Of a stretch of 54,487 bases of DNA, positions 1 through 10,042 are shown in pieces. The position numbers were made by a program, and so were the translations under genes. A model generated the notes under the pieces. It did not search any database and was not told the DNA's origin. It saw only the letters and a program-made list of their open reading frames with translations. This DNA is from Parcubacteria group bacterium Gr01-1014_29 (GTDB taxonomy: Bacteria > Patescibacteriota > Minisyncoccia > Ryanbacterales > 2-02-FULL-48-12): positions 1 through 54,487 of the forward strand of contig VMFT01000001.1 in the NCBI GenBank assembly GCA_007376195.1. Reading direction: 5' to 3'. Position 1 is the first letter of the stretch. Each line of letters begins with the position of its first letter.

Positions 1-62
1 ACAGGCAGGAATGCCTTAATGAGCATAACCAAAATGATTAATGCCATCAGCCACTTTTTCAT
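1..62 (-). CDS. 5' end of a secreted protein running off the window edge (MKKWLMALIILVMLIKAFLP...)
   Basis: ATG at 62 with GGAGG upstream, overlaps the MMPL 3' end; signal-peptide-like N-terminus; only 20 codons visible. Confidence 0.5.
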   Translation of the reverse strand, partial: MKKWLMALIILVMLIKAFLP

Positions 63-2496
63 ACAATACCTCCGTTGGGGTTTGATTGTTGTGTTTTTCG
101 TACAAACGCGCAAGCTGGGGAAGTGTGAAGTTTACGCTCCACCAGCGGCACGCCGCAAGCGACAGGCAAGCAAGAAACCCCAAATGCCACACGGGGTTGA
201 AACTGCTCAACATGAGCAGTGACAAAATAAGCACGTTTCCCATGCAGTCTATATTAACTGCTTTTCCTCGCGTACGGAGAGCACAAGCCGCTACATCTTT
301 TGCATCCAGCGCACCTATCTCGGCGCGTTGTCTCAACACAGAAAAAAATTCCTGCGCCGGGTACACATTCGCGTCCGCTGCCGCACCTATGACCACCGGA
401 ATGATTGCCGCTGTTGCTATATTTAATGGAATTTCAAAGATCCCCATAATCATAATAACAACACCGCTCACAAAGAGGAATGCCTGTGAGATTACAAACC
501 CGCCTTGAAACGCTGGAATGTGCATGCATTCTTTGCGTGTCATCCACGAGTAGTAAAGAAACACAGCAATGAGTGAGGAAATAAGCACCCACGGCGCGTT
601 TGCCGAGACAATCATCGCAAGCGGGGGATAGTGCAACATTTCACCAAAGAGAGAGATTTTTAGCCACGGGTGCGCGGCTTGAAACTTCTCTATAAGCGCC
701 TGAATCTCTGCTGTTGCGGAATTAATTCCATGCGCATTGTCCATAGGGTGATCCGCAAATATCACCAATGCATTTTTCCATTCGGTCCATTGGGCAAGCC
801 GAGACTGTTTGGCGCCTTCACGCGTAAGAGAAACTGCTTCGGCGTAAGAAACTGCCAAACCGTCATCTCGCGCCATCTCAAACTCAATCTGTTTGATGCT
901 TGATGCCACATTGCCAACATCTTCCACCTGTTGCAGTTCGCTGATAAATGAGCGAGCAACAGAATAAAACTTCTCATTGTTCAACAAGGGATCTTCTTCT
1001 GTTTTTTTGTCCTCAAGCATAACAGGAATCACGTCTAGCCGTCCTAATGCCGCCATTCGCTGTAACATGGTTTTTGCATGTGTGGTACCCAAAAACTCCA
1101 ATTGCCGTGAATTGGTGTCTATGTGGCCGCCAAGCGCAAGCGCACAAGATACCAGCGCAGGAACCAAGAGCATCATATAGATGCTCATTGGATTTCTGTC
1201 TACACGCTTTCTGTTTTGCAGAACTTTGCGCTCTAACATGCGTTCGTGCAGGCGTTCAAACCAGCAGGAAATACCGACAATCCATTTCGGCGTGTTCCAT
1301 CCGCGCTGTACGAAAAAGAAATAGAACGCGGAAAGAAATAATCGCTGAACAACCCACGCCCACAAACTTCCTACCACCAGCACGGCATCCATCACAATGG
1401 CAGTCCAGAGCGACTGATACAAAAATCCGAAAATAAGGAAACAGAAAATAGTAAGCCGGAATATGTAGTTGATGGATTTGCGTACTGAGGTCACAACCAC
1501 GTTCTGCCATTCGTCATATGTATCGACACCCTCCTGGCGCTTTATTTCTTCCATAATTTGCGCGTTGAAGGATATGGAAGCTATAAGAACACCGCCTACC
1601 AATGTTGGCAGAAGAAACACGGAATAGTGCATACCAACGAGCGCGAGCGGCCAGATGGTGGCAATGGTGGCAAGAAACGCAAACAGGGTAGCGGTCCACA
1701 CCACAAGCGCATATTCCGCTTTCCGGAATACGATGAAAAGAAATGGGAGCAGAAGCAACATATACCCGCTTGTAATTTTTATGTCCACATCCACAAAAAA
1801 CGCCCAGGTAATAAGTGACTCAGTAACGGATAAACTGCCCACCAAAATTTCCGGCCATCCTTCTTCACGGTACGGCACAAAATCCGTATCCAGATAGTCG
1901 CCTACTATGTTAAACACCGGGTGTTTAACATAGTAGCGCCGCTGAATCACGCGCCGCAACTCGCGGATGGCGCCCAGGGTATTCATGCCAGCCGGATAGC
2001 CCGCCATAATTACGGCATAGTGGAAGTTTTTACTTACAAACGTTCCATATACTGCCGCGTTTTTCCGCACTTCTTCTTTCCATGTCTCCACAGAAAAATG
2101 TTCATCCACGCTCAACATCGGTGGAATATACGAGCTCCACATTTCCATCTTCTCGCCCCAACTTTCGTCCCACGACCTAACCTGATACTTCTCAAGCGAT
2201 GTGACTTTCCACTGCGGCAAGTGCGCGCTGATATAACCGGCATACGCTTGCACAAAAAGAAGATCGTCTTTTGTAAGTGCGTGATTAAAATTGAGTATAA
2301 TGGGAATGGGAGTTGGGATGGTGTATCCCAGCTCGTTCTTTACGTGTTTAATACCGGGAAGCTCCTCCCATAAAGCATCCTGAAGAGGCCCGATGGCCGT
2401 TACATGCGTTTGTATAATTGCATATACCAGAATGGGCAGAAAGGCAAGAACAAGAATAATCCGCCTCCAGAGAATACCGAACAATCGTGTCAGCAT
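16..2496 (-). CDS. MMPL/RND-family membrane transporter
   Basis: 826 aa, two repeats of large soluble loop plus TM bundle; C-terminal PLNIATAAIIPVVIGAAAD and SSFNPVWHLG resemble MMPL/RND TM motifs. Confidence 0.75.
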   Translation of the reverse strand: MLTRLFGILWRRIILVLAFLPILVYAIIQTHVTAIGPLQDALWEELPGIKHVKNELGYTIPTPIPIILNFNHALTKDDLLFVQAYAGYISAHLPQWKVTSLEKYQVRSWDESWGEKMEMWSSYIPPMLSVDEHFSVETWKEEVRKNAAVYGTFVSKNFHYAVIMAGYPAGMNTLGAIRELRRVIQRRYYVKHPVFNIVGDYLDTDFVPYREEGWPEILVGSLSVTESLITWAFFVDVDIKITSGYMLLLLPFLFIVFRKAEYALVVWTATLFAFLATIATIWPLALVGMHYSVFLLPTLVGGVLIASISFNAQIMEEIKRQEGVDTYDEWQNVVVTSVRKSINYIFRLTIFCFLIFGFLYQSLWTAIVMDAVLVVGSLWAWVVQRLFLSAFYFFFVQRGWNTPKWIVGISCWFERLHERMLERKVLQNRKRVDRNPMSIYMMLLVPALVSCALALGGHIDTNSRQLEFLGTTHAKTMLQRMAALGRLDVIPVMLEDKKTEEDPLLNNEKFYSVARSFISELQQVEDVGNVASSIKQIEFEMARDDGLAVSYAEAVSLTREGAKQSRLAQWTEWKNALVIFADHPMDNAHGINSATAEIQALIEKFQAAHPWLKISLFGEMLHYPPLAMIVSANAPWVLISSLIAVFLYYSWMTRKECMHIPAFQGGFVISQAFLFVSGVVIMIMGIFEIPLNIATAAIIPVVIGAAADANVYPAQEFFSVLRQRAEIGALDAKDVAACALRTRGKAVNIDCMGNVLILSLLMLSSFNPVWHLGFLACLSLAACRWWSVNFTLPQLARLYEKHNNQTPTEVLYEKVADGINHFGYAH
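1902..1936. repeat. Perfect palindrome (ACAC-CGR-GTGT family) inside MMPL coding sequence
   Basis: ctactatgttaaacacc-g-ggtgtttaacatagtag; central 27 bp identical to 34611-34637. Confidence 0.9.
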
Positions 2497-2646
2497 GGTT
2501 TACCCCCCTTTTTGTGTTGTCAAATAACAGAAAATTTATACCATAAAACATACTTTTTTGCAAGTTTTGTGCAATGTCCGACTTTGCACAGTTTACATAT
2601 ATTTATCCACACAATACTAACTTTGCTTTCAAAATTATTAAGAATG

Positions 2647-2655
2647 TGGTATAAT
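2647..2655 (+). promoter_or_regulatory. Extended -10 promoter (TGgTATAAT), probably leaderless transcript
   Basis: TATAAT at 2650-2655, 8 nt before ATG 2664, no SD. Confidence 0.6.
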
Positions 2656-2663
2656 AGAAAAGT

Positions 2664-3395
2664 ATGGAAACAGCTGTAGTAGCCAATTTTAAGGAAAAAT
2701 TTCAAACCCCGCCGCCTCTTTGGTTTAAAGATATAAAACAAGAGGCATATAAACGCATCACAGAGGCACCCTTTGCCCAAGCATGTCGACAGGGAGACAA
2801 AGAAGTAATGAAGAAGCTGATAGTTAGTTTGTGGCCTTTTGTGGATATATTTCCGCGACTTGTAAGACGTGGATACATTCGCCTCATGAGCCCAGCAATG
2901 TACTTTCGATATGGGATTCTTACTATGTTGTCACTTAACTACCGCAGCATTGTCTTTTTGGGGAGCATTGAACAAGATGAAAAAAGCCATCGTGCTCTCT
3001 GGCTTGACTCTGGTTTGGCGCTTGAGTTGCAGTATCCAGCAAGCTACAAACCCACTACACCGCAAACACAAGCGTGGATAGATGAAGTGGCAAAAAAAAC
3101 GAACCCATCCGAGATGTTTCTCGCATTTGTCGCCATTGAATTTATCGCTGAATCAGTGAGTAAAAACTTCATTGTGTCGGAACATTTTAAAAAAGCTTTT
3201 GGAAACTCGAAATCGGGACTCGGATGGTTCACTGTACACACGATAGATCATGAGGATGTATCCCATGAGAACCTTGAACTCCACTTAGCATGCGCTTTTC
3301 ATTCGCAATCGGGCACTGACATGCAGAACATGGCCGAACACACCATCATGGGTGTTATTCACAAGTTCCTTATAGCAGCAAATGCTTGCGGATAG
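2664..3395 (+). CDS. Heme-oxygenase-like diiron enzyme (TenA/PqqC/CADD fold), UndA-like
   Basis: Motifs WPFVDIF, E106xxH109, AIE159, WFTVH192...D198xxH201 match the HDO diiron ligand pattern. Confidence 0.7.
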   Translation: METAVVANFKEKFQTPPPLWFKDIKQEAYKRITEAPFAQACRQGDKEVMKKLIVSLWPFVDIFPRLVRRGYIRLMSPAMYFRYGILTMLSLNYRSIVFLGSIEQDEKSHRALWLDSGLALELQYPASYKPTTPQTQAWIDEVAKKTNPSEMFLAFVAIEFIAESVSKNFIVSEHFKKAFGNSKSGLGWFTVHTIDHEDVSHENLELHLACAFHSQSGTDMQNMAEHTIMGVIHKFLIAANACG

Positions 3396-3442
3396 CTCGC
3401 ACACATCTTGTTCGTTCCGAAACATTTATACAAAGATCGCCA

Positions 3443-5062
3443 ATGACGCCCATCAATATCGTTGCGCTTACGACTACGGCTGTCTACCTCATGCTCGGAG
3501 GTATTATTTATATTCACAGCCGGCGTAATATAAGTGAAAACTTTTTCGCGTTGATGTCTCTCAGTCTTACCACATGGGGTATCGCAACATTTTTGATTGT
3601 ATCTCCCTCACTTTCAGGTACTTTTTTTCAGATTGGGGCGTACGCGCACTACATAGCAGGTAATCTGGTATTTCTGTGCCTCTTTTGGTTTGCCCTGTAT
3701 TTTCCGGAACGGAACATAAAATCTCTCGCGATACCCATCCTTATAACACTTGTTGACGGCGCTTTTTTTATTGCCATAATCGCAACTGATTTCTTCTTTT
3801 CATCATTTGCCATCTTTTCTCCACTTGAAAAACAGATATCGTTTCATACAGGCAATTATATCCTCTATACTCTCTACATACTATTTCTCTTCGTGACTGC
3901 GGAAGTAATTCTTCTCAAAAAATATAAAACACGGGTGGATGCCAACAAGACTCCTATTTTATACATGTTTCTTGGTACCACCATCGCAAGTACTCCAGCG
4001 CTTTTTTCGAATTTAATTCTGCCAGGTCTTGGATATTTTTCTTTATTTTCCATTGGACCCATATTTGGCATAGTGTTTATAGTTACTATCGCGTATGCGA
4101 TTTTTAAGCACAACTTACTTAATGTAAAAATAATAGCTACAGAGTTTTTTGTGAGTCTTATTATTCTTATACTTATCATTGAAGTATTGTCGGCAAGTTC
4201 CATTTCTGAATTTTTATTAAAAACCGTTACGCTAGCCGCAGTATCCCTTCTTGGTTATCTCATAATCCGAAGCGTGTTAAAAGAAGTAGAGATCCGTCAA
4301 CAAATTGAACAACTTGCCGGAGAACTTAAAACAGCAAACAAAGAACTTGGGAGGATCAGCCAAGCGAAATCAGATTTTATTTCCATGGCATCCCACCAGT
4401 TGAAAACCCCGCTTTCTATTATAAAAGGATATATTTCCATGACGCTGGAAGGAAGTTTTGGCAATCTTTCAAAAAAAATAACCGACCAATTGCAAAAAGT
4501 ATATATATCAAACGAGCGTTTGATAGCGCTGGTGGACGACTTGTTGAATCTATCCCGCGTGGAAGAAGGACGCATGAAGTACGATTTTTCAGAAGAACAT
4601 ATCGCTGATATTGTGCAGCAAATTGTGGATGAAGTGCAGATGCCAGCCCAAAGAAAAAAACTGCGGCTTATTTGGGAACGTCCCGCGGAAAAATTATACG
4701 CGCGCGTGGATCTTAACAAAATGCGTAATGTTATTTTTAATCTGGTTGACAATGCCATCAAATATACCGACGTGGGTGCGGTTACTATCACCGTACTGCA
4801 GCACGATCAGTCCTTGCATATCGCTGTTTCTGACACAGGAAGAGGCATATCGTCACAACAGATTAAAAAACTCTTTACAAAATTTACGCGCGTTCTTGAG
4901 GGAAGCGGCAGGCTTACCACATCTGGTTTCGGATTAGGCCTGTATGTGGCACGGCTGATTGTAGAGGAACACAAGGGCCGCATTTGGGCAGAGTCAGCGG
5001 GCCTTGGAAAAGGCAGTACATTTGTGTTGGAATTGCCGATCGTGGAACATACCAAAAAATGA
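3443..5062 (+). CDS. Sensor histidine kinase with N-terminal multi-TM (7TM-like) domain
   Basis: H-box SHQLKTPL, N-box NLVDNAIKYT, DTGRG, GFGLGL, GKGSTF; about 290 aa hydrophobic N-terminus; ATG 3443 preferred over 3386. Confidence 0.92.
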   Translation: MTPINIVALTTTAVYLMLGGIIYIHSRRNISENFFALMSLSLTTWGIATFLIVSPSLSGTFFQIGAYAHYIAGNLVFLCLFWFALYFPERNIKSLAIPILITLVDGAFFIAIIATDFFFSSFAIFSPLEKQISFHTGNYILYTLYILFLFVTAEVILLKKYKTRVDANKTPILYMFLGTTIASTPALFSNLILPGLGYFSLFSIGPIFGIVFIVTIAYAIFKHNLLNVKIIATEFFVSLIILILIIEVLSASSISEFLLKTVTLAAVSLLGYLIIRSVLKEVEIRQQIEQLAGELKTANKELGRISQAKSDFISMASHQLKTPLSIIKGYISMTLEGSFGNLSKKITDQLQKVYISNERLIALVDDLLNLSRVEEGRMKYDFSEEHIADIVQQIVDEVQMPAQRKKLRLIWERPAEKLYARVDLNKMRNVIFNLVDNAIKYTDVGAVTITVLQHDQSLHIAVSDTGRGISSQQIKKLFTKFTRVLEGSGRLTTSGFGLGLYVARLIVEEHKGRIWAESAGLGKGSTFVLELPIVEHTKK

Positions 5063-5130
5063 ATTATGGGACTTGAATTATGAATTATGGAAAGGTATTA
5101 TTTTCCCATGATTCATACTTCATGATTCAT
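5060..5130. repeat. Heptamer tandem/inverted repeat array
   Basis: tgaatta/tgggact/tgaatta/tgaatta then complementary cccatga/ttcatac/ttcatga; starts on the kinase stop codon. Confidence 0.75.
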
Positions 5131-5144
5131 CCAATAATCAGCTT

Positions 5145-6563
5145 ATGAATCGCACATACACTACAGACATACCAAAACACGAAAACCAACAAGTAACATT
5201 GATGGGCTGGGTTGATGCGCGCCGCGACCACGGCAAGTTGCTTTTTATTGATCTTCGAGACCGTACCGGCTTGGCACAAGTCGTCTTTTTTGCAGGCCAA
5301 AAAGAATTGTACCAACAAGCAGACACACTGCGACCCGAATGGGTAATAAAAATTACCGGCACCGTGCAAAAACGCCCGGAAGCAATGAAAAACCCCAATC
5401 TTGCGACAGGGGAGTGGGAGCTCGGCGCGTCAAGCCTCACCATTTTTAATAAATCAGAAACACCCCCGTTTGATCTTACGGGAGACGGATACGACATTGG
5501 AGAAGAGACGCGCATGAAGTACCGCTACCTTGATTTACGCAGAGGCCGCCTGCAAAAAAATATGCGCTTGCGACACAAGATAGCCATGTTTATACGCGAA
5601 TATCTTACCGTCCGCGATTTCGTAGAAATTACCACACCTATTCTCTCAAAAACCACACCAGAAGGTGCGCGTGATTTTTTGGTGCCATCCCGTCTGCATA
5701 AAGGTAGTGTATATGCGTTGCCGCAAAGCCCCCAACAATATAAACAACTGCTTATGATTGCTGGATTTGAGCGTTATTTTCAATTTCCTCACTGTTTCCG
5801 TGATGAAGACTCGCGGGCTGATCGCGCATTTGGAGAATTTACGCAGCTTGATATAGAAATGAGTTTTGTGGAGCAAGAGGATATACTTGGGCTTACCGAG
5901 GCGCTGTTTACTGAGCTTGTAGAAACGCTGTTTCCTCATAAACGCATCAAGGAAAAGCCATGGCCGCGCCTAAGCCATAAAGAAGCAACGCAAACATATG
6001 GCACTGACAAACCAGACTTACGAGATAATAAAAACAACCCGGATGAACTTGCATTTGCTTGGATTGTTGATTTCCCGCTTTTTACGGAACAATCAGAAAA
6101 AGATTTCTTTCATGGGTCGGGAAACGCAAAATTCGCGCCGTCACATCATATGTTTACTGCCCCGCATCCCGATGACACAGCACTTCTTGATACCAACCCC
6201 CAAAAGGTGCGCGGGCTCCAGCATGATATGGTCCTTAATGGCTTTGAAGTCGGTGGCGGCAGCATACGAATTCACGATCCAGTCGTGCAGGAAAAAGTAT
6301 TTAGCCTCATTGGGTTTTCAGAAGAACAAAAAAAACAGTTCCACCACATGCTTACCGCCTTTACCTACGGCGTGCCGCCCCACGGAGGCATTGCGCCTGG
6401 GTTTGATCGTTTTTTGTATGTGCTCCTAGGCGAGCCGAACCTTCGCGAGGTTATGGCATTTCCTAAAACAGGAGACGGCCGCGACCTCATGATGGAGGCG
6501 CCTAGCTCGGCAACAGAAGAACAATTAAACGAGTTAGGAATACAAATTAAAAAACATGTATGA
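5145..6563 (+). CDS. aspS: Aspartate--tRNA ligase (short form lacking the GAD insertion domain)
   Basis: RRDHGKLLFIDLRD OB fold, LPQSPQ, CFRDED, GGGSIRIH, PPHGGIAPGFDR. Confidence 0.97.
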   Translation: MNRTYTTDIPKHENQQVTLMGWVDARRDHGKLLFIDLRDRTGLAQVVFFAGQKELYQQADTLRPEWVIKITGTVQKRPEAMKNPNLATGEWELGASSLTIFNKSETPPFDLTGDGYDIGEETRMKYRYLDLRRGRLQKNMRLRHKIAMFIREYLTVRDFVEITTPILSKTTPEGARDFLVPSRLHKGSVYALPQSPQQYKQLLMIAGFERYFQFPHCFRDEDSRADRAFGEFTQLDIEMSFVEQEDILGLTEALFTELVETLFPHKRIKEKPWPRLSHKEATQTYGTDKPDLRDNKNNPDELAFAWIVDFPLFTEQSEKDFFHGSGNAKFAPSHHMFTAPHPDDTALLDTNPQKVRGLQHDMVLNGFEVGGGSIRIHDPVVQEKVFSLIGFSEEQKKQFHHMLTAFTYGVPPHGGIAPGFDRFLYVLLGEPNLREVMAFPKTGDGRDLMMEAPSSATEEQLNELGIQIKKHV

Positions 6564-7294
6564 CTCCTATCACCATTCGAACACCCACTTTTGAAGGCCC
6601 GCTTGAGCTCCTTCTTGATCTCATCGAAAAACAGAAACTCTCCATAAATCATGTATCACTTGCGGCTATTGCGGATACGTATGTGGCAGAAGTAAAATCG
6701 CGCGCAACGTATGCTCCCCGAGAAGTTGCGCAGTTTCTTGTCGTCGCCTCCACCCTCATGCTCATCAAATCGCGCTCACTCCTTCCAAACCTTGCTGTAT
6801 CGGACGAAGAGGAAGCAAATATACATGATCTTGAAGATCGCCTTGAAAAACTCCGCCGTATCCGCGAGCTTTCGCGCCATATCGCCGAGATCGCATCTTC
6901 CAGCAAGCGCATGTACGCGTCGAGCGCGCCCGCTCTGCCCGCTATTTTCTACCCGCCCGAGGGTATAACGTCTAACATTCTTCACAACGCCATGAAAACT
7001 ATAGTGCAGACACTTCTCTCTTTTGTAGAAAAATCTGCCACATTGCCGGAAAAAACAATTCTTCATGTCGTCTCTCTGGAAGAAAGGATTACCGAGCTCA
7101 TGCAGCGAGTGGAACAATCGCTCGCAAACTCCTTTCGGTCATTTGTTGGGTCAAAAAGAGAAAAATTAGAAATTATCATCAGCTTCCTCGCGCTTCTAGA
7201 ACTTGTAAAACAAGGGCATCTTCTGGTAGAACAGCAAGAACGGTTTGGTGATATTGCAATGCGCCGCACTTCTTTCCAAAACTCTGTTCAGTAA
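6560..7294 (+). CDS. scpA: Segregation and condensation protein A
   Basis: FEGPLELLLDLI, LIKSRSLLP, FLALLELVK; followed by scpB. Confidence 0.95.
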   Translation: MTPITIRTPTFEGPLELLLDLIEKQKLSINHVSLAAIADTYVAEVKSRATYAPREVAQFLVVASTLMLIKSRSLLPNLAVSDEEEANIHDLEDRLEKLRRIRELSRHIAEIASSSKRMYASSAPALPAIFYPPEGITSNILHNAMKTIVQTLLSFVEKSATLPEKTILHVVSLEERITELMQRVEQSLANSFRSFVGSKREKLEIIISFLALLELVKQGHLLVEQQERFGDIAMRRTSFQNSVQ

Positions 7295-7380
7295 GGAAAT
7301 ACAAAAGTTTTTTCGAAAAGTCTGGCCGAGCGAAGCGAGGAGAACCGAGGACTTTTTGAAAAGCTCTTTTGTATTTCCTT
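7293..7380. repeat. 88-bp long inverted repeat (MITE/REP-like) with central CCGAGCGAAGCGAGG
   Basis: 15-bp perfect ends aaggaaatacaaaag/cttttgtatttcctt plus inner imperfect stem. Confidence 0.85.
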
Positions 7381-7432
7381 GTCCGAGGTAAGATGGGGTT
7401 GAAGTGGTTACAGTTATGCTATACTGACTTAT

Positions 7433-7987
7433 ATGGATTCTCATGACAATCTAGCGGCAGTCATTGAGGCTCTTTTGTTTGTCGCAGGTGAGCCAATACC
7501 CATCGACAAACTTGCGGAGTTAAGCAGCTCAAGCGCTGCCGAAGTACAAAGAGCTGTGCAAAAGCTGCAAGAGGCGGCCTCCATGCGCGGTGGTATTCGT
7601 GTGTTGGAGCATGACCATACGATTTCGCTGGTTACCGCGCCACATCTTGCGCCGTATGTGGAAAAACTTATTAAAGAAGAAATTTTGGGCGACCTTTCAA
7701 AAGCGTCGCTCGAAACACTGACTGTCATTGCCTACCACCATCCCCTATCACGTCCAGAAATAGACTATATCCGTGGCGTTAATTCATCATTTACGCTTCG
7801 TAATTTAATGGCGCGGGGTCTCGTAGAACGCATGGAAGCCCGCCATGGACGAAGCCACACATACCAGCCGACTGTTGAATTCATGAAATATCTTGGACTT
7901 TCATCATTCAGCGATTTGCCTGAATATAATGTCATACGGCGAGATATCGCAAAAGGAATTGAAAAAGTATTGGAAAACGAAGCATAA
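7433..7987 (+). CDS. scpB: Segregation and condensation protein B
   Basis: IEALLFVAGEP, LSKASLETLTVIAY, IDYIRGVNS. Confidence 0.96.
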   Translation: MDSHDNLAAVIEALLFVAGEPIPIDKLAELSSSSAAEVQRAVQKLQEAASMRGGIRVLEHDHTISLVTAPHLAPYVEKLIKEEILGDLSKASLETLTVIAYHHPLSRPEIDYIRGVNSSFTLRNLMARGLVERMEARHGRSHTYQPTVEFMKYLGLSSFSDLPEYNVIRRDIAKGIEKVLENEA

Positions 7988-7994
7988 TAATGCT

Positions 7995-8978
7995 ATGGCA
8001 TTCACCCAGAAAAACATCCTTGTAACCTGTGTGCTGTTGTTGGGAAGCATGATGCTTTTTATTCCCGTCTCGCCGCATCTTTTTCCATCACAACAACCGC
8101 CGCTCTACGCAACACTTCTTGAGTCTCTTAGACCTCTGGCAGAGATATCATCCGGCCAAGAGTCACTGCCATCCCCGCTCGAAGATCCTGAGCTTGTCGA
8201 AGGACTACCCGATCTTGTCGCCTCTGCCGCGCTTGCTTACAATCCGGTCACAAAACATGTCTCATTTCAAAAAAATGCCGATGCTGTGTTCGGCATTGCG
8301 AGCATAACAAAAATTATGACAGCCCTTGTTGCGCTCGAACATGTTGGAAAAGATGATATAGTTCGCGTGAGTACGGATGCAATAGGCACGGAGGGAGCAG
8401 AAGGCGATCTTATGGTAGAGGAACATTTTACGCTTCAAGATCTCATCGCTCTTATGATGACGGGATCCAGCAACGATGCGGCAGCCGCCCTGGCGGAACA
8501 TATCGGCAGTTTGTACGGCGCGGCATCCTTTAAAGAAAGTCAGGATTTTTTTACCGGCATGATGAATGAAAAAGCGCAGGTACTCGGCATGCACCATACT
8601 CGCTATCAAAATCCGACCGGCCTTGATAGAGACGAAGAGGCAGGTATTTTAAGCAACAGCTCAACCGCCCGCGATCTTGCGATTCTTATCGAATATACGC
8701 TGCAATACTATCCCGCAATCTGGGAGGCCAACACACAAGCACTCTCCCTGACTTCACAGGAGGGATTTGTCCACCATGTAGCCACAACACACAACCTTCT
8801 TGAATCAATGCCAGGAATTATAAGCGGAAAGACCGGGTTTACCGATACCGCCGGAGGCGCCCTCATTACGATTGCTGACGTTCCGCTTGGTGAAAAACAC
8901 AGTATTATTATTCTCGGATCCACCTTGCCTGATCGCTTTAGCGATACGGAACGTCTGGTGGAATGGTTGCGCAAATGA
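7995..8978 (+). CDS. D-alanyl-D-alanine carboxypeptidase (peptidase S11)
   Basis: SxxK (SITK), SxN (SSN), NPTGL, KTG motifs; N-terminal TM anchor; ATG 7995. Confidence 0.92.
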   Translation: MAFTQKNILVTCVLLLGSMMLFIPVSPHLFPSQQPPLYATLLESLRPLAEISSGQESLPSPLEDPELVEGLPDLVASAALAYNPVTKHVSFQKNADAVFGIASITKIMTALVALEHVGKDDIVRVSTDAIGTEGAEGDLMVEEHFTLQDLIALMMTGSSNDAAAALAEHIGSLYGAASFKESQDFFTGMMNEKAQVLGMHHTRYQNPTGLDRDEEAGILSNSSTARDLAILIEYTLQYYPAIWEANTQALSLTSQEGFVHHVATTHNLLESMPGIISGKTGFTDTAGGALITIADVPLGEKHSIIILGSTLPDRFSDTERLVEWLRK

Positions 8979-10042
8979 CTATCGACGAACTTACAATTAG
9001 CGTTTTGAAAGTCCTGGGAGCCGCGATGGCGGCTTTCGTTTGTGTCATGCTCATGACTCCGCTTGCCACGCGGCTCATGCATACCTATAAACTCTGGAAA
9101 GTGCAAAGCGGCAAAACTGCACTTGCCGGCGGGAATGCGCATATTTTTAACGCAATGCATGACGAGACAAGAACACCGCGCGTTGGTGGCATTCTTGTGT
9201 GGGGAAGCGTTCTATGTGTCCTGGCGCTATTCTGGGGACTCGATAAATTTACGGACCATTCGTTACTCGAGAAATTCAATTTCTTAAGCCGGTCCCAGAC
9301 GTGGCTTCTTGCTTTTACCCTGGCCGCAGCGTCACTTTTGGGACTTGCGGATGATATCCTGCAGATAGGGACATCACGCACACAAGCGTTCAAAGGCGGC
9401 ATCGATCTTGTAACACGGCTTGTTGCCGTCTCACTCATCGCGCTTGTCGGCGCACTTTGGTTCTACTACAAACTCGACTGGAGAACAGTGTATCTTCCCG
9501 GTGTGGGTGTTTTATTTCTTGGTGTCTGGTATATACCATTTTTTATTTTGACCATGCTCGCCACATTTAGCGGTAGCGTAATAGATGGTATTGACGGTCT
9601 TGCAGGAGGAGTTCTGGCATCCGCGTTCGCGGCATACGCCGGCATCGCTTTTTTTCAAAACCAGATTGATGTGGCCGCGTTCGCCGCGGCAATTGTCGGG
9701 GCCCTCCTCGCATTTTTATGGTTTAACATACCTCCGGCCCAGTTTTGGATGGGGGAGACAGGCATTATCGGGCTTACCACAACACTTACCGTCATAGCTT
9801 TTTTTACTGATTCGGTTCTTATTTTGCCAATAATCGCGTTTCCGCTGGTGCTCGCATCGGCATCGGATATCATCCAAATTATTGCACGGAGGTTTTTTGG
9901 TACAAAAGTTTTCCGCGTGGCTCCCATTCAGCATCACTTTGAAGCAATCGGCTGGCCATCTTACAAAGTGACCATGCGGTTTTGGGTCATAAGCATTGCC
10001 TGTGCTATTATAGGGATGGCATTGGCGTTAGTGGGACGGTAA
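8975..10042 (+). CDS. mraY: Phospho-N-acetylmuramoyl-pentapeptide transferase
   Basis: TPRVGG, GLADD, DGIDGL, APIQHHFE; ATGA overlap with upstream stop. Confidence 0.95.
   Translation: MTIDELTISVLKVLGAAMAAFVCVMLMTPLATRLMHTYKLWKVQSGKTALAGGNAHIFNAMHDETRTPRVGGILVWGSVLCVLALFWGLDKFTDHSLLEKFNFLSRSQTWLLAFTLAAASLLGLADDILQIGTSRTQAFKGGIDLVTRLVAVSLIALVGALWFYYKLDWRTVYLPGVGVLFLGVWYIPFFILTMLATFSGSVIDGIDGLAGGVLASAFAAYAGIAFFQNQIDVAAFAAAIVGALLAFLWFNIPPAQFWMGETGIIGLTTTLTVIAFFTDSVLILPIIAFPLVLASASDIIQIIARRFFGTKVFRVAPIQHHFEAIGWPSYKVTMRFWVISIACAIIGMALALVGR

Noticed and set aside
2603-2611. oriC at a perfect DnaA box TTATCCACA, and imperfect boxes at 39659-40129
   Set aside because: Only one perfect box and no dnaA/dnaN nearby; regulatory DnaA binding remains possible
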